Below, piece by piece: positions 29,824-38,940 of a stretch of 52,267 bases of DNA. The stretch covers positions 1 through 52,267 of the IMG/VR virus record IMGVR_UViG_3300032053_000108, one strand, 5' to 3'. This stretch comes from a virus. Its lineage: Duplodnaviria > Caudoviricetes. Positions within the stretch are counted from its first letter, which is position 1; every line of letters starts with the position of its first letter. Position numbers and translations under genes: made by a program. Under the pieces are notes generated by a model. It was not told where the DNA came from. It searched no databases and saw nothing but the letters and a program-made list of their open reading frames with translations.

Positions 29824-30186
29824 ATGCTGATGTTTTCAAAAATAGCTGTTGGACTACTCTGCTCCGCATGTCTGCTGGTCGCAGGTGCCGCACCCATACC
29901 AAAAGGAATCAAAATGATCGAGAAAAATCAAGATAAAGAAACGACAACGAGTTTGATCGTTTACGCAAGTGACAACACAGTTGAGCAAAACACAATGCCA
30001 TCTCCAGACTTTGCTGACGCTAACTTATTGGACGTTCTGCGTGGCAAGGAATCTTTTGGATTCGAGGCTTTTGCAATTGTTACAACGGGAGACAAAACAT
30101 CATTCGTCTACATTGAAAACAATTGCACTGTCTGGGCAACGCCCTTGGAGTTCTTCAAGAACAAAGTAAAAATCAGCGAGCGATAA
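29824..30186 (+). CDS. Hypothetical secreted protein
   Basis: Signal-peptide-like N-terminus ending AGA. Confidence 0.6.
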   Translation: MLMFSKIAVGLLCSACLLVAGAAPIPKGIKMIEKNQDKETTTSLIVYASDNTVEQNTMPSPDFADANLLDVLRGKESFGFEAFAIVTTGDKTSFVYIENNCTVWATPLEFFKNKVKISER

Positions 30187-30235
30187 TCCATACAAGGCAC
30201 ATTGGGATATTGGCAAGCGTCAAATCGCTTGCCAA

Positions 30236-30928
30236 TTATAAAATGAACGGCTTCAACAGCAATCTCCAGTTCTTTCTTAGATTCCTGTTCGCTCCCTGAA
30301 AATGAACTCCGCATAATGAAATGTTTAGCGGGAAATCATATTCTGGAAAGTAATTAAGTATTGTCTCTGGTTCAATGATGATGTGCTGGTTCTGAAACAG
30401 CGAATAGGCAATCACCCCTTGGTCATCACACCACTCAATCCATGCTCGATCCACATCATTCTCACAGGCTTTCTTTATTTTACTGGCTAGATCGAAATGA
30501 GGAGGCATACCATAAAGTCCACTGTTTATTGCGTGCGGCTGAGGAACCAAGTGATCGTACCTGCCATACTTTCTAGCTCGACCTCTGAGCATCAGAGTGA
30601 AATCTGAATTCAAAAAATCATCAATTTCTTTGAACCTTCTGAATATGATGAGATCGTTGTCAATCACAATTTCGTGAGATTCTGGCCTCATTCGGGCCGG
30701 GTACATCTTCCACATTTCTCTCTGAGGAAGATATTCCATGTCTTCTGTGTGATGTTGTTGAAGCAGATCGGCATCTAAATTGCAGAGCTTGTTCTTTTCT
30801 ATATTGTTAAAGCAAACAACCCGATCTATATCGGGATAGCATTTTTTGAAAAGACGTATCGAATATTGAAGTATATCAAGCCCATCTTGGGAAACATCTC
30901 CAACCGTCCATCTGATTAAATTCTTCAT
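30236..30928 (-). CDS. GT-A fold glycosyltransferase-like protein
   Basis: IDNDL, INSGLYG, DDQG, HFQG motifs. Confidence 0.65.
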   Translation of the reverse strand: MKNLIRWTVGDVSQDGLDILQYSIRLFKKCYPDIDRVVCFNNIEKNKLCNLDADLLQQHHTEDMEYLPQREMWKMYPARMRPESHEIVIDNDLIIFRRFKEIDDFLNSDFTLMLRGRARKYGRYDHLVPQPHAINSGLYGMPPHFDLASKIKKACENDVDRAWIEWCDDQGVIAYSLFQNQHIIIEPETILNYFPEYDFPLNISLCGVHFQGANRNLRKNWRLLLKPFIL

Positions 30929-31743
30929 TTCATGAGTTCCGTTAGGCTCTCTATGTAATCGTCACACTTCAAAAATGAAGAAGCGTCTTCTCTCGTTATG
31001 CGTGTTTCAATAATTCGATCTGTTAATGATTCAATATTGCCCAACCAAGATATTTGAACCAGATGCGATACAATCGACTCCCTGTCGCTGCTGGTTAAAA
31101 CATTGTAGTCAAGCACAGGTATCTGATGAATGCGAGCCTCTTTCAGCACTTTGTAGTAAGAAATAAGGTGTGCCGAAACTTGCTGCTTTTCGAGCGTGTC
31201 GGCATTGCTTTGAGCGTATTCCACGAATGGAATGATTTCTGGATCGAGCGAATTCTTATTGCTTATTAGGGAGAAATAAATGGCGTCATACCATGTTTTG
31301 CACGCCGTTCTCCTGTAGGCATTCTTCGAGAGACATGGCATACAGTATTTCAACTCCCGATAAAGTACAAAACACCTAAACACCTTGCAGTGGTTCGGCA
31401 TGTGGAACGCCGAATAATTCTCCTTGGTGAAGTTAAACTCGCTAAGTCTCCAGGTTTCATTCAATAAAAAATTATACTCTTCCCACGGCCTTATCTTAGC
31501 TATGTTCAAAGATGTAGAACTCAACTCACAACCGAACATGGTTGCCACTTTCATGGGGCAAAGATAGTTCGATATTGGATTGAAGTATTCTCTGTAATAT
31601 TTCAATTCTTGATTGTTTGCAGAGATGTTATCTGCAAGCCAATCTGTTCCTGAGTTGGGCAAGCCAATCAGCATGGTTGGCTTTCTTGTATTAGGCAAGC
31701 TAACCATGCTGATTGGCTTTGGTTTATTTTCAATCATGTCCAT
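30925..31743 (-). CDS. Sulfotransferase-like P-loop protein
   Basis: IGLPNSGTDWL resembles the 5'-PSB motif; EYFNP. Start moved to ATG 31743. Confidence 0.55.
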   Translation of the reverse strand: MDMIENKPKPISMVSLPNTRKPTMLIGLPNSGTDWLADNISANNQELKYYREYFNPISNYLCPMKVATMFGCELSSTSLNIAKIRPWEEYNFLLNETWRLSEFNFTKENYSAFHMPNHCKVFRCFVLYRELKYCMPCLSKNAYRRTACKTWYDAIYFSLISNKNSLDPEIIPFVEYAQSNADTLEKQQVSAHLISYYKVLKEARIHQIPVLDYNVLTSSDRESIVSHLVQISWLGNIESLTDRIIETRITREDASSFLKCDDYIESLTELMK

Positions 31744-31745
31744 AC

Positions 31746-32456
31746 TTAGTAGCCACTTTTCATTACGTTTAGCAATTCTACATTGCAGCCAATAGCTGAG
31801 GCGTAAGCAATGAAATTGTTCATGATGTCTCGCTGAACAGGTCCAGATATTAACTTCATGGGGTCTGTTTGCCCAATAACAATCCACGCCTCTCGCAGTT
31901 GATTGAAGTCGATCCCACCCAGGGTCGATACATCTTTGATTTTCTGCATTAGTTCATGTTGAACTGATTCAAATACAGCCTTGGAATATTTGAACATCTC
32001 GCACGTTCTTGCATCTGTCTGAAGGTAGCGATATTTGTCCTTGGCGATTGAGGCAAAAAGATCGACTGCTTCCTTGGTGTCTTCTGGACTTCCTCCAAAG
32101 AGAAAGCCTCCTGGTTCGCAGCCAATATGGACGATTCGCTGTCCAGTTAGGGCCTTTAGCCTATCCGTTGTCCCAGGTTCTACTGGAGAGGCAATGATGA
32201 ATAGACCGGCATGGCAACATCGCATGGCATCCTCGATTAGCACGGTGTCACAACGGAAGTCCTCAATTTTAGGCTTCTTGGTTAGTCCACAGTTTTTGGT
32301 CAGGGCGGTTTCGCAAATCATTACATAATTGAACCATGTTGGTTCTTCTTTTTCTGCCGCCCAGATATTGAGGGTGCTGACCTCGTGGTGGTCCTTGAAG
32401 AACTGCCACATTCCTTCGCCTGACAGGTTGTCTCCCACGATTAAGATTCTAGCCAT
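31746..32456 (-). CDS. Degenerate UDP-glucose/GDP-mannose dehydrogenase-like protein
   Basis: PVEPGTT and CEMFKY...GIDFNQLRE match the UGD layout; GxGxxG and catalytic GGxC are not recognisable. Confidence 0.55.
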   Translation of the reverse strand: MARILIVGDNLSGEGMWQFFKDHHEVSTLNIWAAEKEEPTWFNYVMICETALTKNCGLTKKPKIEDFRCDTVLIEDAMRCCHAGLFIIASPVEPGTTDRLKALTGQRIVHIGCEPGGFLFGGSPEDTKEAVDLFASIAKDKYRYLQTDARTCEMFKYSKAVFESVQHELMQKIKDVSTLGGIDFNQLREAWIVIGQTDPMKLISGPVQRDIMNNFIAYASAIGCNVELLNVMKSGY

Positions 32457-33582
32457 TGATGATTTTCTCCGCTTTGCTCATTGCTGAGGCTACAGTTTGG
32501 TCGATGTCAAGATATTTGTATTCTCCCAAACGGCCTCCGAATGTTATGTTCTTTATATCTTTTTTGAGATCGAAGTATTTAGAGTACAGTGCCGAATTGA
32601 TCTCGTCTCTTATTGGGTAGTATGGTTCTGGGTGGTCCTTAAAGGAGATCGGGATGTCATAGGAAACTACGGTTGGTTCAGTTGTGTCAATCAGCGGCTC
32701 GTGCTTGGGACCACGCTTATGAAAGTGCTTGTGTTCGATGCTCCGAATGTATGGCACAGACTGGTCAACGTAGTTGAACACAGCGTTCCCCTGAAAGTCG
32801 CCTTGGTGGAGTCTGTGTTCAAATCGGAGCGTATTGTATTCAAGCTCCCCATATTCGTAATTGAAGAATTTATCAATTGGTCCTGTATAAACCAAATGGT
32901 TGGCAAAGTCTTGCCAGTTGTTCTTCATGTCGAAGAAGTCTACTCCTAACTGAACCTCAATGCCGTCCAGCATGTTCTCTACCATTTTGCCGTACCCATC
33001 TTTGGGTATGCCTTGGTATTTTGTAGTGAAGTAGTTCTCTTCATATGTGAAACGAATAGGGAGTCTTTGGATGATTGAGCTTGGGAGTTCTCGTGGCTCT
33101 TTCATCCATTGCTTCTTGGTGTATCCATAGATAAACAGTTCATAGAGTTCACGTCCGATTTTGTCTAACGCCCACTCTTCAAAGTTGCGAGGGTTATCAC
33201 ATACGACACGAACAGAGTTCAGTTTCCTTCTTGCTTGTTCTGGTGTGATGACGCCCCACAGTTGGTGCATCGTCATCATGTTAATTGGAAACGAATAGAC
33301 TCTATCACCAGACAACACCTTGGGCTTGTTGATGAATGGCTCGATCTCCGAGAATTGGCTCAGAAAGTTCCAAATTGCATCGCTTTGCGTATGCAGAATG
33401 TGCGCACCGTATTCTCCGACAATGATGCCATTGTCCCACCGCTTATCGAATGCAGCACCAGCAATGTGTGGCAAACGGTCGATGACTAGGCATTTTTTTC
33501 CAAGATCAGTAGCCTTGCGAGCGAATGTGGCTCCGAAAAATCCTGCGCCCACAATTAAGAAATCATAGCGGTTATTTGGCAT
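32449..33582 (-). CDS. glf: UDP-galactopyranose mutase
   Basis: VGAGFFGA, YGAHILHT, YTKKQW, YQGIP, EPYYP, GRLGEYKYLD. Confidence 0.95.
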   Translation of the reverse strand: MPNNRYDFLIVGAGFFGATFARKATDLGKKCLVIDRLPHIAGAAFDKRWDNGIIVGEYGAHILHTQSDAIWNFLSQFSEIEPFINKPKVLSGDRVYSFPINMMTMHQLWGVITPEQARRKLNSVRVVCDNPRNFEEWALDKIGRELYELFIYGYTKKQWMKEPRELPSSIIQRLPIRFTYEENYFTTKYQGIPKDGYGKMVENMLDGIEVQLGVDFFDMKNNWQDFANHLVYTGPIDKFFNYEYGELEYNTLRFEHRLHQGDFQGNAVFNYVDQSVPYIRSIEHKHFHKRGPKHEPLIDTTEPTVVSYDIPISFKDHPEPYYPIRDEINSALYSKYFDLKKDIKNITFGGRLGEYKYLDIDQTVASAMSKAEKIING

Positions 33583-34234
33583 GGTTAGTCACCATCTTGC
33601 AGAGTTCTATGAACTCTTTTTGTGAAAGGGATTGTTTCATCATATTGATTTTTTTGAGTGTCCACTGCACGTTGTCTTTTGTGTATCCTTTGGTCGAGTC
33701 AATGCGATCCAGAGATGCTGTGGTGCGGGTTCTGGTTGGATTGGATTTTTTTCTTCCACAAAAAATTAGCGTTGCGTTTGTGAGAGCGCAGCGTTGCCCT
33801 TGGTCGAGAAAAAGTTGCCAAGCATATTCGACGGTAATTTCAAAGGGAATATTGCGTGCCTTTGCTCCATTTTTCACGTTTGCCCAAAATGTGCCTGTAA
33901 TCTCACCGTAACCTTTTTTGCAGCAGTTGTTACATTTCGTTGATGTGCCTTGCAACAAGTTGCATGACTTAACTGGTTTTTCTACACCGCATTTGCAACG
34001 ACATATCCATGTTGAATGAGATTTGGGATTCTTTCGTAATACTTTCCAATTTCCAAACTGTGTGCCAGTGTAATCCCTAACAGTCCAGTTTTTTCGTCTT
34101 TCAAAACCGGATAGTTGCATTGCTTTGTATATTGAGGATGCTGACCATCCTGTTTCTTTTGCTATTGTTGGTACGCTTTTTCCGAGTAAGATATATTCTC
34201 TTTCAAGGAAAGTTGAGTTAATTTTTACTTTCAT
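33572..34234 (-). CDS. HNH homing endonuclease
   Basis: WICRCKCG, CALT, SLDRIDSTKGYTKDNVQW, NMMK. Start placed at ATG 34234. Confidence 0.85.
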   Translation of the reverse strand: MKVKINSTFLEREYILLGKSVPTIAKETGWSASSIYKAMQLSGFERRKNWTVRDYTGTQFGNWKVLRKNPKSHSTWICRCKCGVEKPVKSCNLLQGTSTKCNNCCKKGYGEITGTFWANVKNGAKARNIPFEITVEYAWQLFLDQGQRCALTNATLIFCGRKKSNPTRTRTTASLDRIDSTKGYTKDNVQWTLKKINMMKQSLSQKEFIELCKMVTNHAK

Positions 34235-34295
34235 GTATTTATATAGAATATGAAAGTCATTCTTCGCAAGATAGTTCTTGCGAAGTGGCAAGATT

Positions 34296-35105
34296 TCATA
34301 GTGATCCTAAATAAGCAGCTAGGAGTGCGTCACAATATCCCTTTTGGGATGACCATCCGTATTTGTAGCAATCTCGGTTGCCTAAAAAGTTTGTAACCCA
34401 AAAGTCGATGTCATTTTCCATGCGATAGCCCCACGCTATTGCAGTATTCTTTCTGGCCGCTGCTCCCCATAATCCTGCCCAGCTATCACAGGAAACAACC
34501 ACATTCGCTCGATACATTGTAAAAGCAATTGCTTCTAATATTGACCATTTGCCACAACGGTTGTCGATGTGAGGTATATATTCATCCTTGACACAGAGAT
34601 GAATGGGATCATCTGCCGCACCAACCATTATGATTTGATACCCTTTGTTAATCAGTGTTCGTAAGCACCTGTCCCAGACAGGAATGTAATCATCCAGGTG
34701 GTCTTTCGGCTTCATTCTCAAGCTGATTGGCTGAAATACAGCGATCTTGTCCCCAGGTGCGTTTGGCGTCAAATCTCTGAGGTCTACCCATTCACGGATG
34801 TCGTTGTAGTCTCGACCCATCATTGGATGTTCGATATTTGTGTTGTATTTTTTGCTGAACTTGAATGTCTCTTCGTCGCCGTGTTCGACATCCATAACCA
34901 CTTCCTTGATGAAATTGGTTCGCCGCCAGATTTCATGTACGATTGGGTTGCTGGGGATATTGATGCCATTGGCAATCAAGAATGGCGTTGTGTGAATAAT
35001 CGCCTTTTCGTGATTGCTAGTGGCCAAAGCAATGTGCTGGCGACACAGATTTAGGGCCGTGTCGCCAATGGCTCCAGATTCAGCGTAAATATGCAGGTCT
35101 GACAT
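34296..35105 (-). CDS. GT9-like glycosyltransferase
   Basis: GAIGD, VFQP, VVSCDSWAG. Confidence 0.65.
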   Translation of the reverse strand: MSDLHIYAESGAIGDTALNLCRQHIALATSNHEKAIIHTTPFLIANGINIPSNPIVHEIWRRTNFIKEVVMDVEHGDEETFKFSKKYNTNIEHPMMGRDYNDIREWVDLRDLTPNAPGDKIAVFQPISLRMKPKDHLDDYIPVWDRCLRTLINKGYQIIMVGAADDPIHLCVKDEYIPHIDNRCGKWSILEAIAFTMYRANVVVSCDSWAGLWGAAARKNTAIAWGYRMENDIDFWVTNFLGNRDCYKYGWSSQKGYCDALLAAYLGSL

Positions 35106-35119
35106 AACTCTATTACAGT

Positions 35120-35749
35120 ATGAAAAAGACTGATCTTCAGTGGCTTACTGCCATTATGAATTCCGAACTGGACGCTGGCACGATCAGCGGTCGAGTGATA
35201 TTGGATCGCTTGCGATTGATTGACGAAGACTCTCGTAAGACGGCTCCGTATCTCGATCACCGATATGCACCCTTTTACTATCATCTCGGCAAGCATGTGG
35301 AGCCTCTATCCGTAATGGAAGTAGGCTTTAGCCTTGGCTTGCTGAGTGCCAGCTTCTTAACATCATGTAAGTCAGCTAAGAGATTTTTTGGCTACAAAGA
35401 AAACAGTTCTGATTTCACTCCTATCCGAATCGGTAAGGCAAATATCAACCTCAGATTCAAGGGCGAGGCAAAGTTTTACATTGGAAGTGTTTACGATCAG
35501 GAATTTATCGACATATTTTCACCAAATCCGTGGGATTTAGTCATACTTAATGATGAGACGGTCTACGACAAACATCTGGAATATCTGGATGCCGTATGGC
35601 CCCAAGTCAGCGAACACGGTCTTATAGTTGCCGAATATATCGACCGACACATTCCTGCCAGGGACGCTTTTTTTGCTTTCTGTGAGAGTAAGAACCGAAA
35701 GCCAGTGGTGTTTGAGACAAGATACGGGACCGGCTTACTCCAAAAATGA
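35120..35749 (+). CDS. Class I SAM methyltransferase-like protein
   Basis: VMEVGFSLG, WDLVILND, GLIVAE. Confidence 0.65.
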   Translation: MKKTDLQWLTAIMNSELDAGTISGRVILDRLRLIDEDSRKTAPYLDHRYAPFYYHLGKHVEPLSVMEVGFSLGLLSASFLTSCKSAKRFFGYKENSSDFTPIRIGKANINLRFKGEAKFYIGSVYDQEFIDIFSPNPWDLVILNDETVYDKHLEYLDAVWPQVSEHGLIVAEYIDRHIPARDAFFAFCESKNRKPVVFETRYGTGLLQK

Positions 35750-36921
35750 AAGGTGATTTAATGAAAATGAATAAGGATGAGTTGAGAGAATATTTGAACA
35801 AGGACATTGAAAGTCTTCGTTCCCTGAATTTCAGTGAGCCGTATATCAAGTCGGTATCTGAAAATACAAGCAAATGGGCAGGCACGGGCTTATTGGGCGG
35901 GATTAACGATCCGCATATTGGCCGCAACGTCGCAACCCTTTTGGAAAACCAAAGGTTATTCAACGAGCAGTGGCCGGGAAACGGTGCCTCATTGATCCCA
36001 GAAGGAGCAGAAACCGATATTCCAATGGAACATTGGGCCAGCCAGTGGAAGCGTATCAGTATCCCTGTGATGCGACGTGTATTTGGTGAGAATTTTATTG
36101 GTCATCATATTGTGTCTGTTCAGGCCATGAAAAGCAGTCAAGAGAATACTTATTTGATCGGCTTTGATGGTCGCACTATGTCTGGAATGACCGAGGCGAA
36201 TACTCGTCGTCTTTCTGTTTCTTGGGAGCCGCCCATCTGGAAATACTCAGAAGACGGCAGTGTGAAATGGGTTGAGTTTCGTGGTGAAAAATTCATGTCG
36301 GGACTGGATGGAGAAGCAGAAGCGACTGCAATGTTCTCTGAGGCCGTTTGTCAAGATTTTAGTCGAGAGATCATTCGAGACTTAGCCTTAAACGCTGGCA
36401 AGTTAGCCGTTTACGAATACAAGGACGAGAATCATCTTTTGTCGCTTGTTGAAGGAATGAGTGCTTATATTGCCGCCAAGTGTTATAACCGGGAGGCCAC
36501 TTGGGTTGTAACGAGTCCTACGATTGTGAAGCTGTTGGGAGAATATATCGAACCGGCTACAGATCAGTGGAACAACATCGTAAATATCAATGCCCAGAGG
36601 AATGGCGTCAACAAAGTTGGGGTGTTGAATAAAAAATGGCAACTGTTCGAGGATTCTACAGCACCAGCGGGAAATATACTGTTGGGGCTTAAAGACCATC
36701 GAAATCATTATTTTTCAGGATATGTATTTGCCCCGTTTTTGCCAGTTAATCCTACTCCATCTTGGAGAACTGATGAACAAGAGCAAACTGGACAAGTATT
36801 GGCCCGCTACGGGAAGCGGCTCACCAATCCTGGCTTTTACGGCACGATCAAGATTGAGAACTTGCCAGAAGCCACTCCCTTAGAGAAACCAGAACCGGAA
36901 GAGGCCGAAAGCGAGGAATAA
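35746..36921 (+). CDS. T4 gp23-like major capsid protein homolog, internally shortened
   Basis: KWAGTGLL, ATLLENQ, IPVMRRVF, VSVQAM, TRRL.VSW, GLDGEAE, REII, VVTSP, GYVFAPF.P, RYGK in gp23 order. Confidence 0.8.
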   Translation: MKGDLMKMNKDELREYLNKDIESLRSLNFSEPYIKSVSENTSKWAGTGLLGGINDPHIGRNVATLLENQRLFNEQWPGNGASLIPEGAETDIPMEHWASQWKRISIPVMRRVFGENFIGHHIVSVQAMKSSQENTYLIGFDGRTMSGMTEANTRRLSVSWEPPIWKYSEDGSVKWVEFRGEKFMSGLDGEAEATAMFSEAVCQDFSREIIRDLALNAGKLAVYEYKDENHLLSLVEGMSAYIAAKCYNREATWVVTSPTIVKLLGEYIEPATDQWNNIVNINAQRNGVNKVGVLNKKWQLFEDSTAPAGNILLGLKDHRNHYFSGYVFAPFLPVNPTPSWRTDEQEQTGQVLARYGKRLTNPGFYGTIKIENLPEATPLEKPEPEEAESEE

Positions 36922-37454
36922 TGGGACAAATATATGGAATCAAACATTTGTTGTCTGGAAAGATATACATCGGAAGCACAACTAAGCCAAAGTCAAGGAA
37001 AAAACAACATTTTAGTGATTTGAGAAAAAATCGTCATTGCAATAAACATTTGCAGCGAGCTTTTAACAAATACGGGGAAGGTGCATTTCAATGGTTGGTG
37101 ATAGAAACCACCACTGAAGATTTGGCATTTAGAGAGAAATACTGGATAGATTATTTTTATTCTGATGATGGCATACATGGTTATAACGGAACAAATCAAC
37201 CATACGCTCCAATGCGTGGCAAGACTTTTTCCGAAAAAACAATTGCGATGTTCAAAGACGGCAGAAGAAAAGGATCAAAGCACCCCAATGCTAAAATAGA
37301 TGAAAATGTAGTAAAGTCTATTTTTTCATTAAGAGAAAAAGGACTTACTCAAAAAGAGATTGGACTTCAATTGAGCATACACAATTCAAATGTAAGTTTG
37401 ATATTAAATGGCAAGGCGTGGAATCATGTAAAGGGGGTGAATTGTGGGATTTGA
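36921..37454 (+). CDS. GIY-YIG homing endonuclease with C-terminal HTH
   Basis: QIYGI...IYIGST, HCNKHLQRAFNKYG, terminal TQKEIG HTH. Confidence 0.88.
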   Translation: MGQIYGIKHLLSGKIYIGSTTKPKSRKKQHFSDLRKNRHCNKHLQRAFNKYGEGAFQWLVIETTTEDLAFREKYWIDYFYSDDGIHGYNGTNQPYAPMRGKTFSEKTIAMFKDGRRKGSKHPNAKIDENVVKSIFSLREKGLTQKEIGLQLSIHNSNVSLILNGKAWNHVKGVNCGI

Positions 37455-38196
37455 ATGTACTTACCATTACCACGAACGAGTTGAGGGCGACTACAACAAG
37501 GAGGAAACTAAGTCCTTCAAGAAGAAAGTCGGCGACCCGTTCGATGATGTATCATTGGAAAAGTTGGCTGGCGCTGTCATGGCCCAGCTTGCTCGTCGTG
37601 ACGTTTGGATTGTCGATGTGGAGGTCTTTGAGTTATCTAAGAAGCCTGTCAGCTTCAAAGAGTCCAAAGGCGGGATCATCTTAAAGAACAAGAAGTTTAA
37701 CTTCGATGGTGGTGGCGAGGACGCATCCACCGTTATTGTTCAGGATATGGTTCAAGCACCACCGCCAGTTCAATATGTTCAACCTGCCAGCAATGGACAG
37801 CATGTGAATATTCAAGGGCAGGCACCGCCAAACCCCTCCAGGGGAGTGCATCCTCACGAACAGGGGCAACCTCGTCGCCCGATAGACTGGATGGTATTTT
37901 CGCCGGAGCTTCCGCAGATGGCAGAAGTGAAGCAGAAGAACCTCCGATTCACTCCCGAAAAGAAATATCCAGTATTCGAGAAGCGAGAAGGCGTTGGTGG
38001 GGAAGTCTTTGTCATGATCGACGATACCGGACGGGAACAGTTGGTTTCCGACAAGTATTTTGTCCCAGGAAATATTCAGTTGATGGCCGATAGAGAGCTT
38101 GGCTTCTCTCAGAACCAACAACAGCGTGATGGTGGGAAGCTATATTGGGGTGGTGCAAACCAAGAACCTGATATGCCAGAAATCAGACGCCGATAA
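37444..38196 (+). CDS. Hypothetical protein
   Basis: 250 aa; GGGG RBS before GTG. Confidence 0.75.
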   Translation: MGFECTYHYHERVEGDYNKEETKSFKKKVGDPFDDVSLEKLAGAVMAQLARRDVWIVDVEVFELSKKPVSFKESKGGIILKNKKFNFDGGGEDASTVIVQDMVQAPPPVQYVQPASNGQHVNIQGQAPPNPSRGVHPHEQGQPRRPIDWMVFSPELPQMAEVKQKNLRFTPEKKYPVFEKREGVGGEVFVMIDDTGREQLVSDKYFVPGNIQLMADRELGFSQNQQQRDGGKLYWGGANQEPDMPEIRRR

Positions 38197-38204
38197 ACAA
38201 AAAC

Positions 38205-38231
38205 AAAAGCCCGGAGCAATCCGGGCTTTTT
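38205..38231 (+). terminator. Intrinsic terminator
   Basis: AAAAGCCCGGA-GCAA-TCCGGGCTTTTT; same stem as 9132-9164. Confidence 0.85.
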
Positions 38232-38284
38232 CTATTTATCGAACTCCATTATCCTCGTATACTTCAAATATCTCGGAGGGAAAT

Positions 38285-38812
38285 ATGGCTACTCAAAAAC
38301 AAAAAGAAAAGAAGAAGAAGGATCGTGAACGAGTTGCCAAGGCACGGGTCTTGGTACGTCGTGAAGCTCTGCGTAAGGAGCGAAAGGCTGAAAAGGAAGA
38401 ACAGCGTAAGTTCGAGGAAGCTCAAGAGATTATGCACGGCAAGATGTTGCCGATCATCAATAATCCAGCAGTTGTTGCCCAGCGTGAAGCGGCTCATGCG
38501 AGAGCCGTATCAGATAAGCTGAAGCAAAACCTGGAGATATTGGAAGCTCTTGAACGTGAATATGAAGCCGAGCAATTTGCCCGTGCGGAAATGAACGATA
38601 AGCTCGAATCTGAAGGGCATAAGACAATGCGTGAGAAGATGGACGCATTGCACCAAAAGGCCCTGGCTATGACAGGCAAGGCAGAAGCATTAGCTCAAGC
38701 CGAGGAAGAATATGTTGCACAGCATAGTGGAACGGAATGTGTTGGACACCAAAATATTGAAGAAGAAATTGTTGTAGAGCCGACTATTTCGATTTCTTCG
38801 CAAGAAAAATAA
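38285..38812 (+). CDS. Charged coiled-coil hypothetical protein
   Basis: GGAGG RBS, ATG 38285, K/E-rich helix. Confidence 0.7.
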   Translation: MATQKQKEKKKKDRERVAKARVLVRREALRKERKAEKEEQRKFEEAQEIMHGKMLPIINNPAVVAQREAAHARAVSDKLKQNLEILEALEREYEAEQFARAEMNDKLESEGHKTMREKMDALHQKALAMTGKAEALAQAEEEYVAQHSGTECVGHQNIEEEIVVEPTISISSQEK

Positions 38813-38828
38813 AAAACAACTAAAGCTA

Positions 38829-38857
38829 TTGAGTCTCCCGCCGATATAGCTTACAAC
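38829..38857 (+). promoter_or_regulatory. Possible sigma70-type promoter for ssb
   Basis: TTGAGT-N17-TACAAC. Confidence 0.4.
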
Positions 38858-38912
38858 ATCACTCAACGAACGCCGACGACTGTTACTGTGACTTTCCAAG
38901 ACGTTCAGAATT

Positions 38913-38929
38913 GTGTCTGTCAATGACAC
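38913..38929 (+). promoter_or_regulatory. Leader hairpin/operator, variant copy (upstream of ssb)
   Basis: GTGTC-TGTCAAT-GACAC, a compensatory variant of the polA/recA motif. Confidence 0.55.
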
Positions 38930-38940
38930 AGCACTATTAA

